Notes: generated by a model not told the origin, from the letters alone. A stretch of 52,768 bases of DNA from Candidatus Nomurabacteria bacterium RIFCSPHIGHO2_12_FULL_37_29 (GCA_001785675.1 MFUJ01000013.1:1-52768), one strand, 5' to 3'. Numbered from the stretch's first letter, positions 18,947 to 27,559 are shown. Translations and numbers: made by a program.

Positions 18947-19552
18947 CTAATTTTCTATATTGGTAAATTTGCTTTTCAACCAAGATTGAGCTACCGCAAC
19001 GACAATAGCAATAAATATAATAAATCCAATTGCCGCATAAAGATTATTGAAAATATCCGCCAAGTAGCTAAACCCGAGTCCTGATAGATATCCTATCGGA
19101 ATGATAACAAGTAATGAAAGCAGAACTGCGGGTGTTTCGTAAATAAAAAATTCTTTCAGACTAAGTCTATTTTTATTCACGTACATAATCAAGATAATGG
19201 GGGTACCAACGAGAAATTTGGCAAAAATAAGCCCGATATAATGATTACCCCTGCTAATCTTATTCACCGCCTCCGAAATGATAGAAATAGTCGTATTGGC
19301 GTAACGATGGGCAACTATTTTCCTCACAGTGTCAGTTTGGGCAAGCAAAAACCATAAAATGTTGGAAGGGTAAGTCGCAAGGAAACTTAACAAAAACACC
19401 GGAAAAATAGAAAGAATTTTCTGGGCTGCAAGAAAACCTAGAGTGAATAAAGCCAACTCCCCCCCTAATAATGCTCCAAAGAAAACGATAATATATTCAA
19501 GCGATCGGTGGTCTATAATAAGTAGACGCAACCACTCTATTGATTCAGTCAT
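18947..19552 (-). CDS. Integral membrane protein, possibly DedA/SNARE-associated-like
   Basis: Several hydrophobic helices. VFFGALLGGELALFTLGFLAA resembles the DedA N-terminal region. Confidence 0.45.
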   Translation of the reverse strand: MTESIEWLRLLIIDHRSLEYIIVFFGALLGGELALFTLGFLAAQKILSIFPVFLLSFLATYPSNILWFLLAQTDTVRKIVAHRYANTTISIISEAVNKISRGNHYIGLIFAKFLVGTPIILIMYVNKNRLSLKEFFIYETPAVLLSLLVIIPIGYLSGLGFSYLADIFNNLYAAIGFIIFIAIVVAVAQSWLKSKFTNIEN

Positions 19553-19564
19553 AAATACATCTTA

Positions 19565-20050
19565 CTACAAATAACTATCAAAATATATAACGTGGCAAGT
19601 ATACCCGCCGGGATTCTTTTGCAGATAATCCTGATGATAATCTTCTGCAGGATAAAATCTACTAAGGGGTTCTAAACTTGTTACCACTTTATCTTTCCAG
19701 CGTTTAGATTTGTTTACAATATTTATAAAATTTTCCGCCTCCTTTAACTCTACCTCATTTGCATAAAAAATTGCTGACCTGTAAGATGTTCCACTATCAT
19801 TGCCCTGCTGGTTTAGCGTAGTCGGATTGTGAATCTGAAAGAAAAAATCCAGCATTTTTTTATAAGAAGTTTTCTCGTTGTCATATTCTATCTCCACCGC
19901 CTCGGCATGACCCTCGTGGTTTTCGTAAGTTGGATTTACCACTGATCCGCCAGTGTAGCCCACAGTCGTATTCACCACCCCGGGCTGTTTACGAATGAGC
20001 TCCTCCAAGCCCCAAAAACACCCGCCCGCCAAAATTATTTTTTTGATCAT
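19565..20050 (-). CDS. msrA: Peptide-methionine (S)-S-oxide reductase
   Basis: GGCFWG active site and YHQDYL. Confidence 0.93.
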   Translation of the reverse strand: MIKKIILAGGCFWGLEELIRKQPGVVNTTVGYTGGSVVNPTYENHEGHAEAVEIEYDNEKTSYKKMLDFFFQIHNPTTLNQQGNDSGTSYRSAIFYANEVELKEAENFINIVNKSKRWKDKVVTSLEPLSRFYPAEDYHQDYLQKNPGGYTCHVIYFDSYL

Positions 20051-20059
20051 AAATGATTT

Positions 20060-20145
20060 TTAATGAACGCAGTGAATATAAAAATCTTTACCCTGTTAAA
20101 TGTCCTTCGGACAATTGTTGCTAAGTAAAAATTATTTAACAGGGT
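20060..20145 (+). ncRNA. Candidate small structured RNA / repeat element, copy 1 (promoter-like box plus a 56-nt three-helix fold at 20090-20145)
   Basis: Ungapped 86-nt alignment to 37215-37300 with 68/86 identical by hand count. The 12-bp perfect outer stem ACCCTGTTAAAT/ATTTAACAGGGT encloses two hairpins. TATAAA lies 7 nt before the stem, and TTTT follows the stem. Confidence 0.45.
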
Positions 20146-20165
20146 TTTCAAAATATATTCGCTCA

Positions 20166-20519
20166 TTATTTTGATACAAACTTCATTGAAATAGAGTTCA
20201 CGCAGTGACGGATGTTTTTTTCGGTTAGGTGCTCGCCCTTGAATAAGTGACCCAAATGTCCACCGCAGTTGGCACAGGTTATTTCTGTGCGCATACCGTC
20301 GAGGTCTTTGCTTTTATTTATTGCGCCAGGTATTTCGTCGTCGAAGGATGGCCAGCCGCAAGTGAATTCGAATTTTTGTTTAGAGGTGTAGAGCGGAGCG
20401 TCGCATTGACGGCAGACATACATGCCGTTTGCTTTATTATTTACATACTCGCCAGTGAAAGGCGCTTCTGTCCCCTTGTGAATAATTACTCTTTTTTCTT
20501 CTTCTGTGAGTTCGTTCAT
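20166..20519 (-). CDS. msrB: Peptide-methionine (R)-S-oxide reductase
   Basis: Two CxxC pairs (CRQCDAPL and [10 protein letters not shown]) and the RHCVNS active site. Confidence 0.93.
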   Translation of the reverse strand: MNELTEEEKRVIIHKGTEAPFTGEYVNNKANGMYVCRQCDAPLYTSKQKFEFTCGWPSFDDEIPGAINKSKDLDGMRTEITCANCGGHLGHLFKGEHLTEKNIRHCVNSISMKFVSK

Positions 20520-22447
20520 TTTTTGATATCCCGGGTTAAAGCTCTTAAGACAATGTCGAGTCCCATGGTCGCCACGCCGACGACGGTATCCGCGCCACCG
20601 TAGTAGATGTAGAGCAAGCCATCTTTCTCAACCATACCGCACGGGAAAACGACATTGTTCACTATTCCAATTTTTTCGTATGGTTCTTCTGGGCTAAATA
20701 TCGGGTCGGTGGTTCGCGCCAAGACTATTGCTGGATCATTTTTGTCTAAAAGCAATGCGCCAACGCGATATGTATTGTGACTTCTGGATATACCATGATA
20801 CAAGAGAAGCCAACCGTACTTCGTCTTCATTGGGGGCGCAGAAATTCCAACTTTCGCGTTGTCCCAAGAATTTATTCTGGATCCTATAATTCTAATACAC
20901 TTCTTTATTTTTTGGTTTTTGAAATCAAGTGATTTTAAATAATCTCCACATATTTCACCTCCCATGCGATGCAGAACAAAATATTTGCCATCGATTTTTT
21001 CAGGGAAAATGCAGGTATCCTTATCATCGAAGCCTGCCGGCGTTATTAAAATAGGCTTTGTCCATTTCCAATTCTTCTGTAAGAAGTTTTTCTCGGTGAT
21101 AGAAGTGATGGCCACTTGGGGCGGGCCAATACTGTCATAAGCTGTATAGCACATAAAAATATTCTTGCCGATTTTCGTCAGTCGTGGATCTTCACAACCT
21201 GAATTTTCTCCAGCTACTTTTTTTAGTTCAAAGTCCTCCCTGGGGATATATATAGGCTCCGCCAACTTCTCGTCAATTTTTACCCCATCAAGTGATGAAG
21301 CATATCCAATAGAGGAAGTATTATCCATGGAAAGAGCCCGATATAGTATATGTGTCTTGCCACCAATCCGAATAGCAGCTGGATTGAAAGTAGCTTTTGC
21401 TTCCCATGGATGTGTTTTGTCAGCTACAATAATAGGATTCTTATAAGAACGCTCAAAATGCCACTCCCTGCTCGTTTCCTCACGCATAGTCGCCAGAAGG
21501 TCGGTGAGGTTTACGTATGCTAGGCAGGTTGTGGTATCGGCTGCGCCGTAATAAATAAAAAGAGTGTCCCCTTTTACGACTGCCCCTGTCGGAAACACTA
21601 CATCCGGAACATGACCCAAAAGTTCATATGATTCCCTGGGAGCTAAAATGGGTCCACGCGTCCGACCAACTATTTTCAATGGATTATTAAGTTCTAAAAG
21701 TACTGCCTCGATTCCGAAGATACGTTTCAGATTTTCTCCACCACCGAAATAATTTTGAATATGAGAATATAAGAGAAGCCAGCCATGGCGAGTCTTGACA
21801 GGTGTAGCGCCGACTTCTACGTGATCATAAGACAGTCTCTTGAAATCAATTGAATACTTGTCTACATTTTTATACCACTCTTCCCAAAACCTTGGATTCC
21901 ACAACTCTTCTATTTTATTTACTTGCGCAATGGCGATTTTGACCGGGGGCATGTCGGTGTTGACTGATACGATTACTGTAATCTTGCCACCTATTCTCTC
22001 TGGAAAAAGAGTCATGGCTTTAGCATTAAAGGGTGTCACTAAATGTCGTTCTTTTATTTTTTTCAGATCTTTAGAAACAGCGACGCCGACCTTGATACCA
22101 CTCGCCTCAAAGGGGAATTTCGAAAGCGCCGTATAAAATATATAATAATTGCCTTCAAAAAATGTAATCCGAGGGTCTTCACAGCCGTATTTTTCCCATT
22201 CTTCTGTTGGTGTAATGAAAGACTCACGTTCCGAAAAATGCCGACCATCCTTGCTCTGACCAATACCTATGATTGACACCTGGTCGGGAGCAAGAAGTCT
22301 GTCCGGCGCAGAAATTGCCCGATAAACTCCATAGAACATGGCGCCTTTCTTGACCACACTCATATTAAAAGAGGCGAACGCTTCCCAATAATGATTTTTG
22401 TCCGGGACTATAATGGGGTTATGATGAGATCTTTTTACAACAAACAT
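20516..22447 (-). CDS. Tandem two-module GH130-family glycoside phosphorylase/hydrolase (DUF377-type)
   Basis: Two repeats (about residues 1-320 and 330-643). Each carries [32 protein letters not shown](R/K)I(G/D)GK and GGADT signatures. Confidence 0.8.
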   Translation of the reverse strand: MFVVKRSHHNPIIVPDKNHYWEAFASFNMSVVKKGAMFYGVYRAISAPDRLLAPDQVSIIGIGQSKDGRHFSERESFITPTEEWEKYGCEDPRITFFEGNYYIFYTALSKFPFEASGIKVGVAVSKDLKKIKERHLVTPFNAKAMTLFPERIGGKITVIVSVNTDMPPVKIAIAQVNKIEELWNPRFWEEWYKNVDKYSIDFKRLSYDHVEVGATPVKTRHGWLLLYSHIQNYFGGGENLKRIFGIEAVLLELNNPLKIVGRTRGPILAPRESYELLGHVPDVVFPTGAVVKGDTLFIYYGAADTTTCLAYVNLTDLLATMREETSREWHFERSYKNPIIVADKTHPWEAKATFNPAAIRIGGKTHILYRALSMDNTSSIGYASSLDGVKIDEKLAEPIYIPREDFELKKVAGENSGCEDPRLTKIGKNIFMCYTAYDSIGPPQVAITSITEKNFLQKNWKWTKPILITPAGFDDKDTCIFPEKIDGKYFVLHRMGGEICGDYLKSLDFKNQKIKKCIRIIGSRINSWDNAKVGISAPPMKTKYGWLLLYHGISRSHNTYRVGALLLDKNDPAIVLARTTDPIFSPEEPYEKIGIVNNVVFPCGMVEKDGLLYIYYGGADTVVGVATMGLDIVLRALTRDIKK

Positions 22448-22450
22448 GGA

Positions 22451-23584
22451 TTAGGTTTTAATTCTTTTACCTCGTAACGTATATGCTCCTCCCAAAATGA
22501 GCTCTTTTAAGAAAGCTTCCAGGTCAGCTGTAGCGACACACGAAACTTTATCCGCGCCTCCGTAGTATACAAACAGTTGGCCGTCTTTGACTACCGCTCC
22601 GCAAGCATAAATGACGCCGGACTTGTATCCCTCATTCTCATACCATTCATCGGGTTCCAGAATTGGATGAGAGGAATTATATAAAATTTTGGTAGGATCT
22701 TGTGCGTCTGTGATCATCGCCCAGAGTTTGTATCTGTGGGTATCGTGCTTCTCCATTTTGTGATACAAAACTAGCCAGCCATATTTTGTCTTTACAGGAG
22801 AAGGTCCGACTCCTCTGATGAGTTTGTCTCGTGCTTGCCAGAGCGGGCTGTGCTGATGGACACTGTGGATAAAGTTGCTCCCGTTGAGCTCTTCCAAGGA
22901 CTTGAAATAGTCAATCATAATGTGAGGAGAAAGACTGTGCAGAATCGCATACTTACCTTTTATTTTTTCCGGAAAAAGCACCCAGTTCTTGTGTATCTCC
23001 CCGGGAGGAGAAATCAAAACTGGTTCTTTCCAATTCCAACATTTATCCAGAAAGTCATTCAGGCTAATAGAAGTAAGCGCAATGCGAACCGAACCCCATC
23101 CATCAAAAGCAGTATACAGCATGTAAACCTTGTCGCCGAGAAGTGTAATACGAGGATCTTCGCAACCGCCTCCCCACCCTCCGCCCGAACTATAAGAAAT
23201 TGCAGGAATTGATTTATCTTTATTTCGACTAATGAAATGATAGTAAACAGGTCGAGGAAAACTTTCTTGAATTGTGGAGCCATTTCTGCTCTCAGCGTAT
23301 CCAAGAACTGAATTATCAGTATCTCCAATAGCACGATAAATAATATGAATCTTTCCATCATGCTGAAAGGCTGTCGGATTGAACGTCGCCTTTGACTCCC
23401 AAGCATGCTCGGTCGGCTGGATTATCGGATTCTGGAGTGACCTTTTGAGGTCCAGTGGAGTTTTCTTTTTAACGGATGTTTTCTTGGGTCTAGACTTTTT
23501 TACCACCGCTTTTTTTGTTACAAGTTTTTTGGGCTTAACAGCAACTTTCTTTTTAAATGTTTTTTTCTTTTTAGGCACGACCAT
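22451..23584 (-). CDS. GH130-family glycoside phosphorylase/hydrolase with a lysine-rich N-terminal tail
   Basis: [34 protein letters not shown] and YGGADK. The first 47 residues contain 20 Lys. Confidence 0.8.
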   Translation of the reverse strand: MVVPKKKKTFKKKVAVKPKKLVTKKAVVKKSRPKKTSVKKKTPLDLKRSLQNPIIQPTEHAWESKATFNPTAFQHDGKIHIIYRAIGDTDNSVLGYAESRNGSTIQESFPRPVYYHFISRNKDKSIPAISYSSGGGWGGGCEDPRITLLGDKVYMLYTAFDGWGSVRIALTSISLNDFLDKCWNWKEPVLISPPGEIHKNWVLFPEKIKGKYAILHSLSPHIMIDYFKSLEELNGSNFIHSVHQHSPLWQARDKLIRGVGPSPVKTKYGWLVLYHKMEKHDTHRYKLWAMITDAQDPTKILYNSSHPILEPDEWYENEGYKSGVIYACGAVVKDGQLFVYYGGADKVSCVATADLEAFLKELILGGAYTLRGKRIKT

Positions 23585-23936
23585 ATTTATCTTCTATTCT
23601 AATAATGTCTTCTTCGTCAAAATTATTATCATAAGAAATTTCTAAAAGCTGTACTACATCATCTTTGGCTTCAATGCGGTGTTTTTCCAGTTTTGCAATC
23701 ATAAATTCATCACCGGGCTTTGCGTTTATTTTATTTTCACCGATAGTTAAAATCGGATACCCAGAGACAATATGCCAAAGTTCATCTCGGTGATTGTGAT
23801 ACTGTAAGCTCAAAGATTTATTGGGCTCTATGAAATGAAGCTTTACCGTCGTCACTTCATTTTGCGTGAATTGCTCAAATCGTCCCCAGGGTCTTTCCAC
23901 AGTAAAAGTTTCTATATTTCGTTTGAAAGGTGTCAT
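23571..23936 (-). CDS. Stand-alone cupin related to the C-terminal domain of type II mannose-6-phosphate isomerase
   Basis: ERPWGRFEQF, SLQYHNHRDELWHIVSG and EEDIIRIEDKYGR. Confidence 0.7.
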   Translation of the reverse strand: MTPFKRNIETFTVERPWGRFEQFTQNEVTTVKLHFIEPNKSLSLQYHNHRDELWHIVSGYPILTIGENKINAKPGDEFMIAKLEKHRIEAKDDVVQLLEISYDNNFDEEDIIRIEDKYGRA

Positions 23937-23949
23937 ATCTTATATTATA
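23937..23949 (-). promoter_or_regulatory. -10 box abutting the cupin gene start (leaderless-type)
   Basis: TTGTATAAT-ATAAGAT-ATG (7-nt spacer). Confidence 0.5.
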
Positions 23950-23964
23950 CAATGAAACAATTTT

Positions 23965-24732
23965 TCAACCAAGCCATTTTTTTATAATTAATTCTGTTTC
24001 TTCCGGTCCTTTTACCGCTACGGTTTCAAAACCAGCTTCGTGAAGTGAATAATCATTGCCACCAGGAAAAAGCCCATCCCCAACAAAAATTAAGTCAGAT
24101 TTTTGCAAACCAAGCTTTTTGAGCAATAACTCAATCCCTACCGCCTTATTAAATCCTTTTGGAACAATATCAATACTAGAAACTGAGTTGATGAGAAGAG
24201 TAACTTCTGGCAACTTCGGCTCTATCACTGCTACAATTTTTTTTCGTTTCTTTTGGTCTGGGTCCCAAAGTCTTTTTTCTTCAATCGGCGCGAGTTGTCC
24301 GAGCGCCGAAAATGTTATCTGAGTATCTCTATCTTCTACGATTTCCCCTTTTGGATTTGGTGGTATTTCATATAAACCAGAATCAATTACTTCTTCAAGT
24401 AATTTTTTCACTCTTTCTTTTACACCACTATCTAAGGGTTCTTTCTCAACGAGCTCCCAGTCATTCTTCACTTTATTAAATTCGTATCTTTGTGTTGCAC
24501 TAGTCGGCAACAATATTAAGTTGTGAATAAAGGGATTAAAATTTTTATCATTATCAAACGGCGGGAGAAATTGTGTCTTAAATTGTTCAAATTTTCCTCC
24601 ACTCGTAGCTATGACCGTTTTTTTCTTGATAAGTTCTTTTAATAAAAGTGCCATACTTTCTGTGATAGCACGTTTACTTACAGTTAGTGTGCCATCAATA
24701 TCAAAAGCGATAATTTTTTTATTGGAAAACAT
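23965..24732 (-). CDS. HAD-IIB phosphatase-fold protein, phosphomannomutase (eukaryotic PMM type)-like
   Basis: FDIDGTLT and VGDGLFPGGNDYSL (compare PMM GDKT.PGGNDxE). Confidence 0.7.
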   Translation of the reverse strand: MFSNKKIIAFDIDGTLTVSKRAITESMALLLKELIKKKTVIATSGGKFEQFKTQFLPPFDNDKNFNPFIHNLILLPTSATQRYEFNKVKNDWELVEKEPLDSGVKERVKKLLEEVIDSGLYEIPPNPKGEIVEDRDTQITFSALGQLAPIEEKRLWDPDQKKRKKIVAVIEPKLPEVTLLINSVSSIDIVPKGFNKAVGIELLLKKLGLQKSDLIFVGDGLFPGGNDYSLHEAGFETVAVKGPEETELIIKKWLG

Positions 24733-24733
24733 T

Positions 24734-25249
24734 TTATTTTTTCCCCGATCTTTTTAAGCGTTGGGATTTATTTTTCTTGACATATTCTTTCAGCAATGCC
24801 GAAGAGCTCCTGATCTTCCCACCACGCCCAATATTGAAAAACATTTCAATACCCAATTTTTTACACAATTTTATATCTTTATATAAATAAGATTTTGGAT
24901 TTTGGGCGTCTTTCTCATTTCTATCTCCGCCATTGGCGAAAACATTCGGTTTTAGTTTCAATAATTCTCTGCACACGCTCATATCCTTTGGGTTTCTCTT
25001 GTGTTTCGAAATTATTACACCATCCACATGACGAAAAGAGGAAATAACTTCAGCGCGATCTTTCGCGCTCATGAAACCGTGACCTTTTTTGGCGCGGATC
25101 CAATTGTCATTATTTATTACCACCACCAGTTTGTCACCAAGGGCTTTCGCTTCTTTAAAAAGACGTATGTGCCCCGGATGAATAGGGTCAAATCCTCCGC
25201 TGACCATAACTAACTTTTTAGTTCCTTTTAATGGAAACTTTTTTTTCAT
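24734..25249 (-). CDS. Cytidylyltransferase-fold nucleotidyltransferase (RfaE domain II / sugar-1-phosphate adenylyltransferase-like)
   Basis: SGGFDPIHPGHIRLFKEAKALGDKLVVVINND and RHVDGVII. Confidence 0.75.
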   Translation of the reverse strand: MKKKFPLKGTKKLVMVSGGFDPIHPGHIRLFKEAKALGDKLVVVINNDNWIRAKKGHGFMSAKDRAEVISSFRHVDGVIISKHKRNPKDMSVCRELLKLKPNVFANGGDRNEKDAQNPKSYLYKDIKLCKKLGIEMFFNIGRGGKIRSSSALLKEYVKKNKSQRLKRSGKK

Positions 25250-25352
25250 TTTTTTTCAAAAGCATAGCTCTCTTAATCTCAAGCCTTTTCTTGGTTTTAT
25301 GAGAATGTCTTGATTTCTTTTTGGGACTAAGCGTGGTATTTCTTTTTGCCAT
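25218..25352 (-). CDS. Possible small, highly basic peptide (44 aa), ribosomal-protein-like composition
   Basis: My hand translation: MAKRNTTLSPKKKSRHSHKTKKRLEIKRAMLLKKNEKKVSIKRN. TATAAT-ATAAGTCT-ATG lies directly upstream (25353-25366). It overlaps the next gene's start by 32 nt. It falls below the ORF-track length cutoff. Confidence 0.3.
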   Translation of the reverse strand: MAKRNTTLSPKKKSRHSHKTKKRLEIKRAMLLKKNEKKVSIKRN

Positions 25353-25411
25353 AGACTTATATTATACTCCGTAGTGAAATTTTTAGCAAAATTCTACTAC
25401 GAGGTTAGGCT

Positions 25412-26197
25412 CTATTTCAAATAAATTGCTATATTCTTCTTGTGTTGTTCATAGGTTTTAGTACAGTGGATTTTTCTGTTTCTGTCGTGCAGATAAAAAA
25501 GGCAATTTGTTTTTTGTGGATTATAAGCGGCCGAAATAGCGGACAATCCTGGGTTCGCGATCGCTCCAGGTGGTAACCCTACGTGTATATAGGTATTATA
25601 AGATGATTTTATTTTTTTGTCTTCGGGATTTACTTGTTCCCACCAGCCACCTTCTTCGCTACCTTTAGCATACTGCAAGGTCGCATCAATTTGCAGTTTC
25701 ATTCCGCTGAAAATCCTATTCCAAATTATTCCCGAGATTAAATTCATATCTCCCTTGCCGGCTGCTTCACGTTGAATAATGGAAGCGATTTTTATGGCAG
25801 TATTTTCATTAATTATTTGTTTTGACTTATTCGACTTGAGTTGTTTAACTTTATTTACTTGTTTGGAAAATTCATCAAGCATGGTCGCGCTAACCACCGC
25901 TGGATCTTCATCTTTATAAATAAGATATGTTTTTGGAAAATAATGCCCCTCGACTCTCGCACTATTTATGAAATCTTCTTTCTGTTGCATGTCCCAATCA
26001 AGTTTCTCCGCCACCACTGTCGCTATTTCTTCTTTACGCAGGCCTTCCTCTACTCTCACAATGCGCATGTAAGGATTCGCCAAACTCACATAAAAAGAGA
26101 GCTTGGCAAGCAAAGACGGATCAAATTTGTAATAAAAAACAACAGACAAAACTATAAAAGCAAGCAGCGCAAATAGAATAAGAATATACTTTTTCAT
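25412..26197 (-). CDS. mltG: Endolytic murein transglycosylase MltG (YceG-like)
   Basis: N-terminal TM helix. IASIIQREA, YNTYIHVGLPPGAIANPG and LFYLHD. Confidence 0.88.
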   Translation of the reverse strand: MKKYILILFALLAFIVLSVVFYYKFDPSLLAKLSFYVSLANPYMRIVRVEEGLRKEEIATVVAEKLDWDMQQKEDFINSARVEGHYFPKTYLIYKDEDPAVVSATMLDEFSKQVNKVKQLKSNKSKQIINENTAIKIASIIQREAAGKGDMNLISGIIWNRIFSGMKLQIDATLQYAKGSEEGGWWEQVNPEDKKIKSSYNTYIHVGLPPGAIANPGLSAISAAYNPQKTNCLFYLHDRNRKIHCTKTYEQHKKNIAIYLK

Positions 26198-26320
26198 GGT
26201 TCGATTTTATTTACCATGACCTCTTCTAGCTCATCGAGACTGAGTCTCTTAGAGACGAATGTTCTGAGTCAGAGAGCGAGGGCCTGAATTTTTATTGAAG
26301 GGTCATGTCCTTGCTTTAAA

Positions 26321-26506
26321 TTATTTCATCGCCTCAGCGTCAGCCTTGGACATGAACTTGAACATATTACCTCCGCAAACACTGCACTGTCCCTTGGCAA
26401 AATATCTGCCGTTTTTCTCCTCAACTTTAACATTTTTCATCACCTGCATCGTCGGTTTATTATTCGCATCTCGACACTTCATACACAAAGCTTTAAGTTC
26501 TTGCAT
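26321..26506 (-). CDS. DUF5679-like small zinc-ribbon protein
   Basis: CMKCRD...MKNVKVEEKNGRYFAKGQCSVCGGNMFKF shows the two-CxxC pattern typical of DUF5679. Confidence 0.65.
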   Translation of the reverse strand: MQELKALCMKCRDANNKPTMQVMKNVKVEEKNGRYFAKGQCSVCGGNMFKFMSKADAEAMK

Positions 26507-26518
26507 AAAAATTTTGTT

Positions 26519-26548
26519 TCAGCCATGAGCTGATCCGCTTTTAGCGGA
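26519..26548 (-). promoter_or_regulatory. Tandem-hairpin 5' leader module, copy B (upstream of the DUF5679 gene)
   Basis: Minus-strand RNA: TCCGCT-AAA-AGCGGA directly followed by TCAGC-TCATG-GCTGA, ending 12 nt before the ATG at 26506. Confidence 0.45.
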
Positions 26549-26566
26549 AATTATTAATATAACTTA

Positions 26567-26575
26567 ATTATACCA
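26567..26575 (-). promoter_or_regulatory. Extended -10 promoter TGGTATAAT of the DUF5679 leader
   Basis: The reverse complement is TGGTATAAT. It lies 18 nt from the first hairpin, the same as copy A. Confidence 0.5.
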
Positions 26576-26638
26576 TATTCATATAAATATATCGCGCGTC
26601 TGTATTTCTAGCTATATCGTGCTTAATTAGAAGTTAGT

Positions 26639-27514
26639 TTACCAAGAGCTAGATGAGCCTCCACCGCCAGAAGATCCACCTCCCCATCCACCAAAACCTC
26701 CACCACTCCCACCGAACCCCCCACCTCCGCCACCAAACCACCATGGATATCTGCCAGAGTTTTGCTTTTTGGTATAAGCGCGAGAAACTATAAAATCAAA
26801 GAGAAGTCCGAAACCGATAAATAAGAAAATAACTGGAATAGCCGTAAGAAGTGAAGCAATAAAGAAATGCCAAATGATAAGCGATACCCCTCCGCCCAAA
26901 ACTCCTCCATGCCACCAAGACTTGGATCGACCTAAAATAGCGGCAAGTATTTGAAAAACAATAATTACAAAAAATATGATGAGATTGGAAGGAAGACCGA
27001 AAGGTGATTTAGACGTAATTGAATAATCTTTCGGCACAATATTGCTACCACCAAGAGCCTCGATCATTTTATCCACTGCAGCATTGATACCAACGTAATA
27101 GTCCCCACTTTGGAATGTTGGCTTTATCAAATCTTCTTGAATATATGATGTGCCGAGGTCGGTCAAATCCCCCTCCACACCATAGCCAGTCTGTATCCTG
27201 GTCTTTCGGTCGGATAAAGAAATGAGAAACAGAACTCCGTTATTTTTATCTTTTTTTCCTATGCCCCATTTGCTAAATATTTCTTGTGCAACATTTTCTA
27301 TTACATCACCATCAAGTGAAGGTATCGTCACTATAGCAATCTCGTTCGTCGTATTTTGTTCAAAAACTTGCAATTTAGCTTCTAAATTCTCTATTTGTGG
27401 AGTGGTAAGAATACCTCCATAATCCTGTACAAAACCCGTAGGCCTAATGGGAACGTCAAAAGCATGAAGCGAAAAAGGAACAGCCAGCAAAAGAAAAATT
27501 AAGAATTTATACAT
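26639..27514 (-). CDS. TPM-domain (YgcG-like) membrane protein with a Gly-rich C-terminal tail
   Basis: Signal peptide, TPM-like region (VQDYGGILT, EIAIVTI), TM helices, and the tail GGGGGGFGGSGGGFGGWGGGSSGGGG. Confidence 0.8.
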   Translation of the reverse strand: MYKFLIFLLLAVPFSLHAFDVPIRPTGFVQDYGGILTTPQIENLEAKLQVFEQNTTNEIAIVTIPSLDGDVIENVAQEIFSKWGIGKKDKNNGVLFLISLSDRKTRIQTGYGVEGDLTDLGTSYIQEDLIKPTFQSGDYYVGINAAVDKMIEALGGSNIVPKDYSITSKSPFGLPSNLIIFFVIIVFQILAAILGRSKSWWHGGVLGGGVSLIIWHFFIASLLTAIPVIFLFIGFGLLFDFIVSRAYTKKQNSGRYPWWFGGGGGGFGGSGGGFGGWGGGSSGGGGSSSSW

Positions 27515-27559
27515 TGTAGGGTGTATGAATTTACAGCGAGAAGCTATAAAGGGAAGAAT

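Noticed and set aside
26295-26528. A 77-aa plus-strand ORF antisense to the DUF5679 gene.
   Set aside because: The opposite strand encodes a recognisable two-CxxC zinc-ribbon protein with its promoter and leader. The plus-strand ORF has no motif.
26640-26760. A CCACC/CCTCC-rich low-complexity DNA stretch that looks like a tandem repeat.
   Set aside because: It is the coding sequence of the Gly-rich C-terminal tail of the TPM-domain protein (GGGGGGFGGSGGGFGGWGGG). It is not a non-coding repeat or a CRISPR array.
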